A stretch of 22,096 nucleotides of DNA from Candidatus Heimdallarchaeota archaeon (GTDB taxonomy: Archaea > Asgardarchaeota > Wukongarchaeia > Wukongarchaeales > JBHIFL01), in the NCBI GenBank assembly GCA_046761065.1, contig JBHIFL010000067.1:1-22096 (forward strand), read 5' to 3'. Positions 9,039-18,816 of the stretch are shown here, piece by piece. Numbering within the stretch: the first letter of the stretch is position 1; every line of letters starts with the position of its first letter. Below the pieces are notes generated by a model. The model was not told where the DNA came from, made no database searches, and saw nothing but the letters and a program-made list of their open reading frames with translations. Both the position numbers and the translations under genes were made by a program.

Positions 9039-10184
9039 CTATAAGATCTTTTTTGCAAATGGAAGCTTTCTAACGAAGTAGTGACTAAGAAGAAAACAGA
9101 AGGGAACTCCTACAAGCAAAATGAGACCCACTTTTAGGAGAGGATGCGACAGGACAACAGGATTAATGGCATACTGTAGAAAAACAACAATTGGTACATG
9201 AATCAAATAAACTGCATAAACATTGGCTGCCATTTTTCTCCCAAAATTGCTTCATACATTCAACTAGTCTTTAAACAGAACAACCAAACTAATAGCCATA
9301 CTCTCACCAACGACAGCTTCCCATGCCGCATACATAAACGCCTGCCAACGGAATCCCCCAAGGAGGGGATCCATTCCCCCCACCAGCAAAAAAAAGAGCA
9401 GGTAACTATACAATCGTGACAATGCCTATTCCAAGCCATTTTCGTCCCGTGGATGAAGGAAAGTTAAGAACTCAGCTGTGACGAGAAGCAAGAATCCCAA
9501 TCCCGAAGAGACTAAGGTATTGAGGAAGGCGGACATACTCTACTAACCCGAAAGGGTCCCATTTGATTGCTGGGAACCAGATTCGAATTGTAAAGGTCAC
9601 CAGAGTTAATTCCCCAAGGAAACTCAAAATCGTCTTATTTCCTGGGACGGTTTGGGGGGACGTTGGATTGCTGGGACGGTCTGAGCTCAGCCGCCTCCAG
9701 ATCACATAGCCTATATTAAACATCAACAACTGAGCAATAAACCAAAGATGATGAAATTCAAATGTCTGGAATAACGCAGTTCCAGGAAGAAGGAAATTGC
9801 CCCGAACTCTTGAGAGAACAGAGGACATACATGAAGAGGGGCATCACTCCAAATAAAAAGACAAGGAAGGGAATATCCAGCCGTAGGAGTCGATTTCTGA
9901 GAAAGACTCGAACGCCTTTCCGGTCATAGGATTGTGGGATAAAATATCCTGAAATTAAAAAAAGAGCCCCATGAAAAACGATGAACTAACGGCAAAAAAC
10001 AAGCCCAACACAACAAACGTAGCACTAAACTCAAAGCGATCAGGTCGTTCAAGCCAGTACCACCAGCCAGCGGGTCCATAAGATTGTGCAGCATGAAGGG
10101 TGATCACCAAAAGGAGTAGAAACACACGTAAATTATCGAAAAAAACAAGCGGCTTCCTGTAGGTTCTGTCGTATCTGAAATCAT
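9039..10184 (-). pseudogene. Acyltransferase family 3 (OpgC/MdoC-like) membrane protein, disrupted
   Basis: GGAGG precedes the ATG at 10184. Fragments read RLFF/DNLRVFLLLLVITLHAAQSYG, SFFMGLFF/LISGYFIPQSYDRKG...RNRLLRL, HLWFIAQLL, PQYLSLFGIGI and YAVYLIHVP. There are frameshifts at A-runs (~10139-10145, ~9957-9963) and several stops. Confidence 0.88.
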
Positions 10185-10556
10185 GTGAGTTGGCCTCCTA
10201 ATTAGGATGAAAATGATGTTTACTCCACCTCATTTATTTGTCTTGTTTTTCAGTTTTCAAGTAAAATTATATAGTGGATAAAAATCTAGAGTCTAGTGGA
10301 GACAGGTTTGTTCCATTACGAGTTATAATAGAGTTTCCCAAGATTGAGTGAACAAAATAAGTATCCTAAAAGCAATGAAACTATAAATAAAAAGGTACTT
10401 TTTATATTGCTCCTAATCAAGATATCTATTCAGTTGCTTCCAATAATAATTACCGGATTCATGTCCTTTCCAGCCCTGCTTGGTTTTAAGAGTTCTTAAT
10501 CTATTCACCTCGAAATAAGAAAGAATCGGGAAAAGAAAGTGTAATTCGGAGAGGAA

Positions 10557-12647
10557 GTGGTGATGAAAAAAACATATAGGTCAATAACTCACCCAAACAA
10601 CCGTTTTCGGCTAGGAATAGATGTAGGAGGGACAAACACTGATTTTTGCGCGGTTAACGAAGAGACTGGAGAGGTGTTCGTTTATAAGCTTCCCACATTA
10701 GTTGAAGATCAATCGATTGCCATAGAACAAGGTACACAAGAGATGGCTCAACAGGAAGGATTTAACCTCTCTGAAATTTCATACTTTTGCCAAGGAACAA
10801 CTATTGCGACCAATGCGATCCTCGAGCAAAAAGGAGCTCATATCGCCCTAATTACAACAAAAGGGTTCAGAGATCTCTTAGAAATCGGAAGGCAAAAAAG
10901 ACTGTCTCTTTTTAACCTACAAGCTGATAAAAAACCCCCTCTTGTGTCACGGGATATGCGTTACGAAGTGGCGGAAAGAATAGATTGTCATGGGAATATT
11001 ATACGATCCTTGGATACCCAAGTAGTTAATAAGGTGTTAGATTTTTTACAAACGAAGCATGTCGAAGGATTGGCGGTAGCATTTTTGAACTCGTATGTAA
11101 ATCCAAGGCATGAACAGCAGGTCAAAGAACTTATTAAAGAGACCTTCCCCGAAACCTTTGTTTCTGTTTCCCATGAAGTGTCCGGGCAATTTCGAGAGTA
11201 TGAACGTCTTTTAGCCACAGTTTTGAATTCCTATATCGGCCCAATAATGCAAACGTATCTAACCAATTTTGGAACCAAATTGGCACAACTGGGAATCAAC
11301 CGGTTTTATGTAAACCAATCGAATGGTGGAATTATCTCTGTCAGTGAAGCTAGTAAATTTCCCATTCATACGGCTTTATCAGGCCCCGCCGCAGGAGTTG
11401 TCGGAGCTAAGTACATTGCGGAAACAAAAGGCTATCAACGAGTTATTTCAATAGATATCGGCGGAACCAGTGCCGATATCAGTCTGATTAGGGAGGGAGA
11501 ACTCACTATTTCGAAAGATCGGGAAATTGGCGGGTATCCCATTCGAACTCCCGCCTTGGACATTACAACCATTGGAGCGGGTGGCGGAAGTATTGCTTGG
11601 CAAGATGCGGGGGGAGTTCTTAAAGTGGGTCCTCAGAGTGCAGGAGCAAACCCCGGACCGGCTTGTTACGGAATTGGAGGAGAGGCTGCCACGATTACCG
11701 ATGCCAGGGTTGTGTTAGGACATTTGAACCCGAAATTTCTGTTGGGAGGGCGCCTACCTATTTTTTATGACAAGGCTGAAGCGGTAATCCAGAAGTTGGC
11801 AGAGAAATTCAATATGAATGTCCATGATACCGCCCTAGGGATTTTATTGGTCGTGACCTCTAACTTAGTTCGCGCGATAAAAAATGTCACTATTGCTAAA
11901 GGGCACAACCCGGAAGAGTTCATCTTAATACCGTTCGGTGGCGCGGGTCCCCTCCACGCCGCGGAATTAATGATGGAGTTAGGCATTTCTACGGCTCTTA
12001 TTCCTAGAAACCCAGGAATCACCGCTGCGTTTGGACTCTTAGTGGAAGATTTCAGAAAAGATTTTGTTCACACTAAAGTGCTAGAACCCGAAAATAGTGG
12101 GTTGGAAGTCATAGAGAAGGTTTTCAAAGAATTAGAAGAAAAAGCTTCTAGGTGGTTTGATGTAGAAAAAATCCCCGATGATAAACGCCATATCGAGAAA
12201 TCGCTCGATATGCGATATAAAGGTCAAAATTATGAGATTAAAGTGCCTTACTCCACTCAACTGAGGACTATTCAAGACTTAGAATCCCAATTCCATACTG
12301 AATATGAGCGCTTGTATAGTTACTCTGCCTTAAAGGAACCCATTCAAATCGTTAATTTTTCATTGACCGCCGTTGGGGCTATAACCCCTCCAACACTTCA
12401 CAAAGAATCGTTAGGGAGTAGAGACGCCTCGAAAGCCATCATTGCCGAAAGAGCAGCATACTTCCAAGCCCCAGAATCGGTAATCTCCTGCTCCATTTAT
12501 GATCGTGACCTCTTATCGCCTGGGAATGTGATTCAAGGTCCAGCTATTGTGGAACAAATGGACAGCACTACCCTAGTGCTCCCAAAACAGATCTGTAAGG
12601 TGGATGAATTTAGCAATTTAATCCTTGAAAATGTTAATGGAGGCTAA
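10557..12647 (+). CDS. hyuA: Hydantoinase A / 5-oxoprolinase ATP-binding subunit
   Basis: [74 protein letters not shown] and [11 protein letters not shown]. Confidence 0.93.
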   Translation: MVMKKTYRSITHPNNRFRLGIDVGGTNTDFCAVNEETGEVFVYKLPTLVEDQSIAIEQGTQEMAQQEGFNLSEISYFCQGTTIATNAILEQKGAHIALITTKGFRDLLEIGRQKRLSLFNLQADKKPPLVSRDMRYEVAERIDCHGNIIRSLDTQVVNKVLDFLQTKHVEGLAVAFLNSYVNPRHEQQVKELIKETFPETFVSVSHEVSGQFREYERLLATVLNSYIGPIMQTYLTNFGTKLAQLGINRFYVNQSNGGIISVSEASKFPIHTALSGPAAGVVGAKYIAETKGYQRVISIDIGGTSADISLIREGELTISKDREIGGYPIRTPALDITTIGAGGGSIAWQDAGGVLKVGPQSAGANPGPACYGIGGEAATITDARVVLGHLNPKFLLGGRLPIFYDKAEAVIQKLAEKFNMNVHDTALGILLVVTSNLVRAIKNVTIAKGHNPEEFILIPFGGAGPLHAAELMMELGISTALIPRNPGITAAFGLLVEDFRKDFVHTKVLEPENSGLEVIEKVFKELEEKASRWFDVEKIPDDKRHIEKSLDMRYKGQNYEIKVPYSTQLRTIQDLESQFHTEYERLYSYSALKEPIQIVNFSLTAVGAITPPTLHKESLGSRDASKAIIAERAAYFQAPESVISCSIYDRDLLSPGNVIQGPAIVEQMDSTTLVLPKQICKVDEFSNLILENVNGG

Positions 12648-12652
12648 TCCAA

Positions 12653-14308
12653 ATGCAGACCATCAACCCCGCATTTCTTCAAGTTTATGGAAATGCGCTG
12701 CTGTCAATCTCCGAACAGATGGGAATCATCCTAGTTAAAACCGCATACAGTACCAATATTAAGGAACGAAGAGATGCCTCCGTAGCAGTTTTTGATACCC
12801 AAGGAAAACTGTTAGCTTTAGCCCAACACATCCCCCTGCATTTTAGTTCGTTGTTCAGTTCCGTTGAAGAAATCATGGATAAATGGGCAATTGATGAAAT
12901 TCATGAGGGAGATGTCTTTATTGCGAACGATCCGTACAGTGGTGGGGGTTCTCATCTTGCAGATATTGTCTTTGTGAACCCGGTTTTCTATCAAGGAAAG
13001 CTAATCGCCTTTGTAGCCAATCTGGGCCACCATGCCGATAAAAGTCACCGGGGAACGACAATTTACGATGAAGGCCTGCGAATCCCGGCGGTCAAACTTT
13101 ATGACAAAGGAGAACTGATGAGAGATATCTATGATCTCATACTTTTAAACTACCAATTAACAAAAGAACGCCAAGGGGATTTCCGAGCTCAGTTATCAAC
13201 AAATCGGTTCGGAGAGCTCAAACTCCAAGAGTTGTGTGATAAAATTGGGTTAGATCAATTTCTGTATTTAGCGAATAACTGGCAGGAGTATGGAGCACGG
13301 GCAGTAAAACATGCGATCTCTCAATTACCGAAGGGGGACTATGAATTTGAAGATTTTCTGGATGACGATGGATATGGAAATGAAGCGATCCCAATCAAAC
13401 TTAAAGTTACAGTGAAGGATGAGGATCTTATCTTTGATTTCACAGGAAGTGCTTCCCAGGTGGATGGTCCTTTCAATTGTGTTAAAAGCGCTCTTCTCGC
13501 GACGGTTTTTTATTGTGTCAAAGCGTTTTTGGATCCAACTTTACCATCCAATTCTGGGATGTTCGATAGTATTACTGTTCGAGCTCCTTTGGGGAGTATT
13601 GTTAATGCGGTAGCACCAGCGGCCACAAATGACCGGGAAACAACTTGTCAACGGATTGCGGATACTGTTTTGGGGGCTTTTGCTAAGATTGATCCGGAAC
13701 GTGTGGTAGCGGCTGGTAATGGGGCGGTGTCATTCTTTACCTTTTCAGGAGTTAATGCGGAAACAAAAGAACCTTATGTCTATATTGAAACCATTGGTGG
13801 GGGTTCCGGGGCTCGCAGCACAAAAGATGGGTTAGATGCGGTGCAGGTTCATATGACCAACACCTCAAATCTCCCTGTCGAAGCACTGGAAATGGACTAT
13901 CCTCTGCTAGTAGAACGGTATGAAATGGTACAAGATAGTGGCGGAGCTGGGAAATATCGGGGAGGTTTGGCCATCCGACGAACGATTCGAATTTTAGAGA
14001 AAAGTCAGAATACGGTGTTAATTGCAGCTATCGAACGAGCCAAGTTTAAACCGTGGGGGCTTTTTGGAGGAAAAGCGGGCTCAAATGCAAAGCTCTCCGT
14101 TCTTAGAAAGGGAAAGATAGTGAATAACTCTTCAAAAATCTCACTTTATCCATTAGAGCCCGAAGATATCGTGGATCTAGTAACACCCGGGGCTGGAGGC
14201 TATGGGGATCCTGCTTGCCGTGATCCCGTCTTAATTGAAAAAGACCTGCGGGAAGAAAAAATCTCTAAGAAAGCTGCTCGGCAAGACTACAACTTCTTTA
14301 AAACATAA
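12653..14308 (+). CDS. hyuB: Hydantoinase B / oxoprolinase catalytic subunit
   Basis: TAYSTNIKERRD, HIPLH, NDPYSGGGSHLAD, HHAD, EGLRIP, ETIGGGSGA, HMTNT, DSGGAGKYRGG and TPGAGGYG. It starts 5 nt after hyuA. Confidence 0.93.
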   Translation: MQTINPAFLQVYGNALLSISEQMGIILVKTAYSTNIKERRDASVAVFDTQGKLLALAQHIPLHFSSLFSSVEEIMDKWAIDEIHEGDVFIANDPYSGGGSHLADIVFVNPVFYQGKLIAFVANLGHHADKSHRGTTIYDEGLRIPAVKLYDKGELMRDIYDLILLNYQLTKERQGDFRAQLSTNRFGELKLQELCDKIGLDQFLYLANNWQEYGARAVKHAISQLPKGDYEFEDFLDDDGYGNEAIPIKLKVTVKDEDLIFDFTGSASQVDGPFNCVKSALLATVFYCVKAFLDPTLPSNSGMFDSITVRAPLGSIVNAVAPAATNDRETTCQRIADTVLGAFAKIDPERVVAAGNGAVSFFTFSGVNAETKEPYVYIETIGGGSGARSTKDGLDAVQVHMTNTSNLPVEALEMDYPLLVERYEMVQDSGGAGKYRGGLAIRRTIRILEKSQNTVLIAAIERAKFKPWGLFGGKAGSNAKLSVLRKGKIVNNSSKISLYPLEPEDIVDLVTPGAGGYGDPACRDPVLIEKDLREEKISKKAARQDYNFFKT

Positions 14309-14391
14309 TCAAAAATTAAATGGTTTATCTCACACAATTTCGTTCAAAAAAAACAGTCCCATCTATATCAATGATTATTTTTGGTTTAAAT

Positions 14392-14791
14392 ATGTCTAAC
14401 AATTTTTCTAAAGCTGAAGCATCGGGATTCAAGGGAATTATATTATGATACTTCCATGTTTCCTGTTGTTTTAGTTTGTTTCAGGATAATATACTTACAG
14501 TCACGGCTACTAGCTTCTTTTCTTTCAAACCACCATGGTTATGATTAGGATAGTCCCGACATGGTACTCCTTCGAATTCATCCAAGAATCTAAGGACTAT
14601 GTTATAAATATCCCATCGATAGATCTCCTGAAGGTAAAATTATGTGGATCAAATCAGGAAGAGACATAAACAAGTTCAAAGTGAGCGGATTAACCCCAAA
14701 GAAGGGCAAATTGGTCTCATCTTATCTCATTGAAAAGTGTCCCGTTAACTTAGAATGCAAGGTAGCTCACAAACTAGATCTCAAGGGACAT
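14392..14791 (+). pseudogene. Flavin reductase (DIM6/NTAB) family, disrupted and 3'-truncated
   Basis: Fragments across several frames: FPVVLV / DNILTVTATSFFSFKPP / YSFEFIQESKDYVINIPSIDLL / CG.KSGRDINKF...LTP...IEKCPVNLECKV. Boundaries are approximate. Confidence 0.8.
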
Positions 14792-15289
14792 TTATGCAAG
14801 CCTAATAGGGCTTGTTATTATTATACTAACTTGCATTTCAGTCCTAATCCATCTTTATTCGCACAAAATGCCCTCGTTCTTCCATTTACTTAAGGTAATA
14901 ATTAAGTTTGTTTGGAGTAACGACACGGTTGGCGACTATAAGAGATAATTTGGCACAATACGGCCCCCATATATGTTATCGGCCAAAAACCTCGGTTCCT
15001 TATGGTAATGAGGTTATGACTGCTGAACCCACGTTTGAAGGACAGGCTCAGGTTTTAGTAAAACAATTGTTGTACTCCTCTCTGAAAGAAAGATTTACCG
15101 GGATATTAGAAAATATAGTTTACGTGGATCTATTTCCCCCTAAAAAACGTTAGAAGCAGGTAGTTCTCTTATCTTAAGTCCCAAGAGGAGATTCGTGAAA
15201 GAATTTTCGACAGGGAACTCGTTTCGAAAGGTAATAAGATGATAAGCGACAACATTTTACACTGAACCTATGTCATGGTTGTAAAAACA

Positions 15290-15529
15290 ATGAGTAAATT
15301 TGAATTTCGAGCTGGACAACAATTATGTCCTTTTTGCGGGAATTCACCTGCAACTCAGGCGTGTCCTAATTGTGGAGGTCCTGTGTGCCCCGATTGCCTA
15401 TATATCTGTGAAATATGTTACAATCAATTTTGTTACAAATGCTATACGCGTGGGCGGTTTGGTGGCAGTATTAAAGGATGTCCCTATTGTAACCGAACCA
15501 ACGCACCTGTTAGAAAACACCGTCAATAA
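15290..15529 (+). CDS. Small multi-zinc-finger protein with six CxxC motifs
   Basis: CPFC-x8-CPNC-x4-CPDC-x3-CEIC-x4-CYKC-x12-CPYC with a basic tail. Alternative ATG at 15275. Confidence 0.85.
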   Translation: MSKFEFRAGQQLCPFCGNSPATQACPNCGGPVCPDCLYICEICYNQFCYKCYTRGRFGGSIKGCPYCNRTNAPVRKHRQ

Positions 15530-15759
15530 CTGGAAGATCAGAACACAAAACAAAATTCCTTTATTACGCCAAGGTATAATTTAAAAATTTATGGCTTAAA
15601 GTTGTATAATGTCTGAAATTTGTTAATTTCCTCTAAAAACTAGAGTTATCTAATCTGATGATTTTTAATATACATAGTCTATATGTATGAAAAAAACAAC
15701 AAACATTTAAATTTTAGGAGGGAGAAAGCAGTCAAAAATATCTCAGAAAGTGATAAAAA

Positions 15760-16221
15760 ATGGATAAAGTTGATATTTCTCAATTTCAGGGGTTTCTGGT
15801 CGGACAAATAATTGCGGCCGCAATTGGCGCTATTACACTTATAGCTGGCGATTTCGCGGGATATTATTAGCGGGGTTACGCACTAGAGGAAAGGAGTTGG
15901 GTCTGCTTAATAGGATGCGGGTGGGGATCCACCCTCGCAATTCTGGTGGGCTTAGCGGGTGTGGTTTTCGCACTATACTTTGCTATTCAAAGCCTTCAAG
16001 CCAAAGAGGACATGCCCTCAATGCTTTTAAAAGAAAATACTCGGAAAACAATGTATGGTGGCGCTTTTACAGCGGCATACGCGTTGATTGGAGCTCTTAT
16101 ATGGATAATTACCAATTTAGACACAGACTGGTGGCTTGATACTGGCTTTTATGGGGCCTTCTTTGGTGGGCTGATTACTGCAGTGTTCGCAAAAATGATG
16201 TTCGACAAGATCGAAGTCTAA
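15760..16221 (+). pseudogene. ~4-TM membrane protein with one in-frame TAG
   Basis: ATG 15760 is in frame with the 15946..16221 ORF: MDKVDISQFQGFLVGQIIAAAIGAITLIAGDFAGYY*RGY...ILVGLAGVVFAL. The TAG is at 15868-15870. Confidence 0.7.
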
Positions 16222-16520
16222 CACAATCGGTATTCAAGTTATCTTGCAATGTAGAAGCCTTTTATCTAGCATAGAATGTTCGTAATAACAAACCAACATC
16301 TATTAATTAGAAAATCCCTCAAGAAGATGGAGTTAGGTTAAATTTAATTAGATTTTTACCTTCTTCATCTCCCCCCTTTTCTTGGCAACTCTCCAATAAA
16401 GGTTGATCCTAAGTCATTTCTATCACAATGAACTGATAGGATGCCTCCTGCATAAATATAATAATTAAACACGTTCTGGGTGACTTATTTACCTTTACGT
16501 GCCTTTTTCTTGTCAGTATC

Positions 16521-17177
16521 ATGTATAATGACGTGCAAATATTGTCCGAAACAGAATTAACCACCACAAATAAGAAAAAACATGTTGGAATAATTGAACT
16601 GAAGAGGAACCGCTTTCATCTTTTTGTGGTGCTTCTTCCTGTGTTACGCATCCTTGGCGTTTCCAGAGGGATGATAACGATCCTATTCACGCTATTAGTG
16701 ATTCTGATCTTCCCTTTGGAGTATTACCGGCTCAAACATCCCGAGCGTTTTCTTAAACGTTATATTAGAAAATCAGAAATTGGGCAAATAGCAGCTTATT
16801 TTCCATTTATAATAGGCGGATATTTTGGCTATCTACTGTTTGATTGGAGAATTACAACAAATGCACTTTTCATATCCGCCTTCGGTGATGCCAGTGCAGC
16901 GATCATAGGAACATGTTATGTGAAACACCGTCTCTCCTTTACGAAATTCAAATCTGTTGAAGGCATAATTGCAGCTTTTAGTGTCCGCCTTTTAGTAATT
17001 TGAATATTAGATTTGATTGACAGATCAGTAGTTATCAATCCTGTAGTAATGCTTGCTCCAATAATTATTATTGGTACCGACCTCATAGAAGATTCCCCTA
17101 TCACTTTTCTATCAGATAATTTTCTCAACCCTGTCCTTTTTGGAGTGTTCTTCAGAGCAATAGGGATTCCTCGTTGA
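16521..17177 (+). pseudogene. Dolichol/phytol kinase-like (SEC59/DGK1/VTE5, CTP-dependent) membrane protein with in-frame TGA
   Basis: ELKRNRFH, AFGDASAAIIG and KSVEG precede the TGA at 17001-17003. The same frame then continues to the family's C-terminal SDNFLNP motif and stops at 17175-17177. Confidence 0.8.
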
Positions 17178-17415
17178 TCTACAATCAAGATCCACATTAT
17201 ATTTTTCTTATTTAAAATGTTTCAACAACCGTTAGCTCGTTTAAGTGGACTGAAGGTAAAGATTTGATAGAATTTTGAATCCCCGGACACAAGCCATTGG
17301 AGGGATACTGATGGTTTAGATCTCAGTAAACCGGAAGATTGAAATCCCTTGAAAGAAGTGGCTGGTGTAACTTAAGTTCAATCTAAACCATAGCAATGGG
17401 TCAGGATGGAACAAA

Positions 17416-17955
17416 ATGACCTCATTCATTGCCGTGTTGATTAATAGCATCTGGTTTATCTTTCCTGCCTATATTGCAAATGCTTCCCCAGTCATTTTTG
17501 GCGGAGGGGCTCCAATTGATTTTAGACGCAATTTCTTAGACGGTCAACGAATTTTTGGGGATGGGAAGACGTGGCGTGGGTTTTTGGGGGGCATCATGTC
17601 TGGAATAATTATTGGCTCGCTGCAAGGTTATATTTATCCCTCGTTAGGCTTAGATTCTCCAGTTAATGATCTAACACCAATTGATTACATCTTTCGTGCT
17701 TCTCTTCTATCTTTTGGGGCGTTGTGTGGCGACCTAACGGGTTCTTTTATCAAACGCCGAATAAAGATAAAACGCGGTGCCCCCTTCCCAATTGTGGACC
17801 AAATCGGATTCTTAGTGCTTGCTTTTTTATTTGTGACTTTGAAATTTGAAACCCCACTTAGTTACGTCCTCCTTCTCATTCCACTGACCCTCTTCCTTCA
17901 TTTAGGCACCAATATCTTCGCTTATTTGGCAGGATTGAAGGAAGTATGGTACTAG
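17416..17955 (+). CDS. carS: CDP-archaeol synthase
   Basis: PAYIANASPVIFGGGAPID, DGQRIFGDGKTWRG, GDLTGSFIKRR, PIVDQ and the terminal GLKEVWY. Confidence 0.93.
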   Translation: MTSFIAVLINSIWFIFPAYIANASPVIFGGGAPIDFRRNFLDGQRIFGDGKTWRGFLGGIMSGIIIGSLQGYIYPSLGLDSPVNDLTPIDYIFRASLLSFGALCGDLTGSFIKRRIKIKRGAPFPIVDQIGFLVLAFLFVTLKFETPLSYVLLLIPLTLFLHLGTNIFAYLAGLKEVWY

Positions 17956-17991
17956 AGATCGAGAAAGCACTTTGAAAGGGAGCTCGAATAA

Positions 17992-18603
17992 TTGACAAAG
18001 GCTAAACCTGACGAACCCAAACTTGATAAAACTGCTATCGGCTTGGTCGGTTTTCCTGGCAGTGGCAAAAGTGCCATTGCAAGATTTCTTGCAGAAATCT
18101 TAGGAACAGCTGTTATCGTAATGGGAGATGTCGTCCGGGCGGAAGCAGAAAAAAGAAACATACCAACTAGTCCTGAAATCATGCGACAACTGATGATAAA
18201 CTTACGGAAGGAGCAAGGCAAAGATATTATTGCTCGTAAATGCCTCCAAAAGATTGCTGAGCTCGTTAGTGCTCCAACAAAACCGGTTATCATTGATGGA
18301 CTCAGAAGTGTGGAAGAGTTGGAAGTCTTCCGAGAACGGTTGCGATCTTTTCACCTTGTTGCTGTTCTTGCATCTCCCCAAATCCGATTTTCCCGCCTTC
18401 AAAAACGCGATCGACAAGATGATCCTACTGCTCGGGCTACGTTCGAAGCTAGGGATACTTTGGAGGTCCAAGTTGGTGTATTATCCCTCATCGACCAAGC
18501 AGACTATTCTATCATAAATGAACAAGATCTTGAGATTCTCAAACACAAAGTGCGAGAATTAGCAGAATGGATTAAGAAGAAAGAAGCAGCAATCTTTGGT
18601 TGA
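17992..18603 (+). CDS. Archaeal dephospho-CoA-kinase-like P-loop NTPase (COG0237/UPF0200 type)
   Basis: GLVGFPGSGKS, MGDVVR, IIDGLRSVEE, RF.RL..R.R.DD and ADYSIIN. TTG start. Confidence 0.85.
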   Translation: MTKAKPDEPKLDKTAIGLVGFPGSGKSAIARFLAEILGTAVIVMGDVVRAEAEKRNIPTSPEIMRQLMINLRKEQGKDIIARKCLQKIAELVSAPTKPVIIDGLRSVEELEVFRERLRSFHLVAVLASPQIRFSRLQKRDRQDDPTARATFEARDTLEVQVGVLSLIDQADYSIINEQDLEILKHKVRELAEWIKKKEAAIFG

Positions 18604-18816
18604 GATGTTCGAGATAGGGCTTCAAAGAAGCAGCAATTTCACAAACAAATATGTTCACACATTCTCTATTATTTGGTAAGTATTTTCAAGTTTTGATCTC
18701 AACCCATTGAAAAAAACACATCACTTAGAATTTTACGAACTTAATTCTAAGTAAAATTCAAATTCTTTTGAGATCGTAGTAAAATAGTAAAATCTCAATT
18801 AGTTGGAGGGTTGAAC

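Noticed and set aside
14908-15153. 81-aa ORF
   Set aside because: It has a TTG start, no RBS and no motif. It may be a decayed remnant, but I cannot support a call.
17301-17355. Hammerhead ribozyme, or fluoride/TPP riboswitch (ctgatgg...taaaccg...gaaa)
   Set aside because: The core is CUGAUGG rather than CUGANGA and stem I is absent. The 3' conserved elements of the fluoride and TPP aptamers are missing.
17001-17368. Selenocysteine TGA with a downstream SECIS (UGAU/GGAA-flanked hairpin at ~17309-17336)
   Set aside because: The TGA is in a hydrophobic helix of a non-redox family, not at a catalytic Cys position. The helix above the putative core is only 6 bp, too short for a eukaryote-like SECIS.
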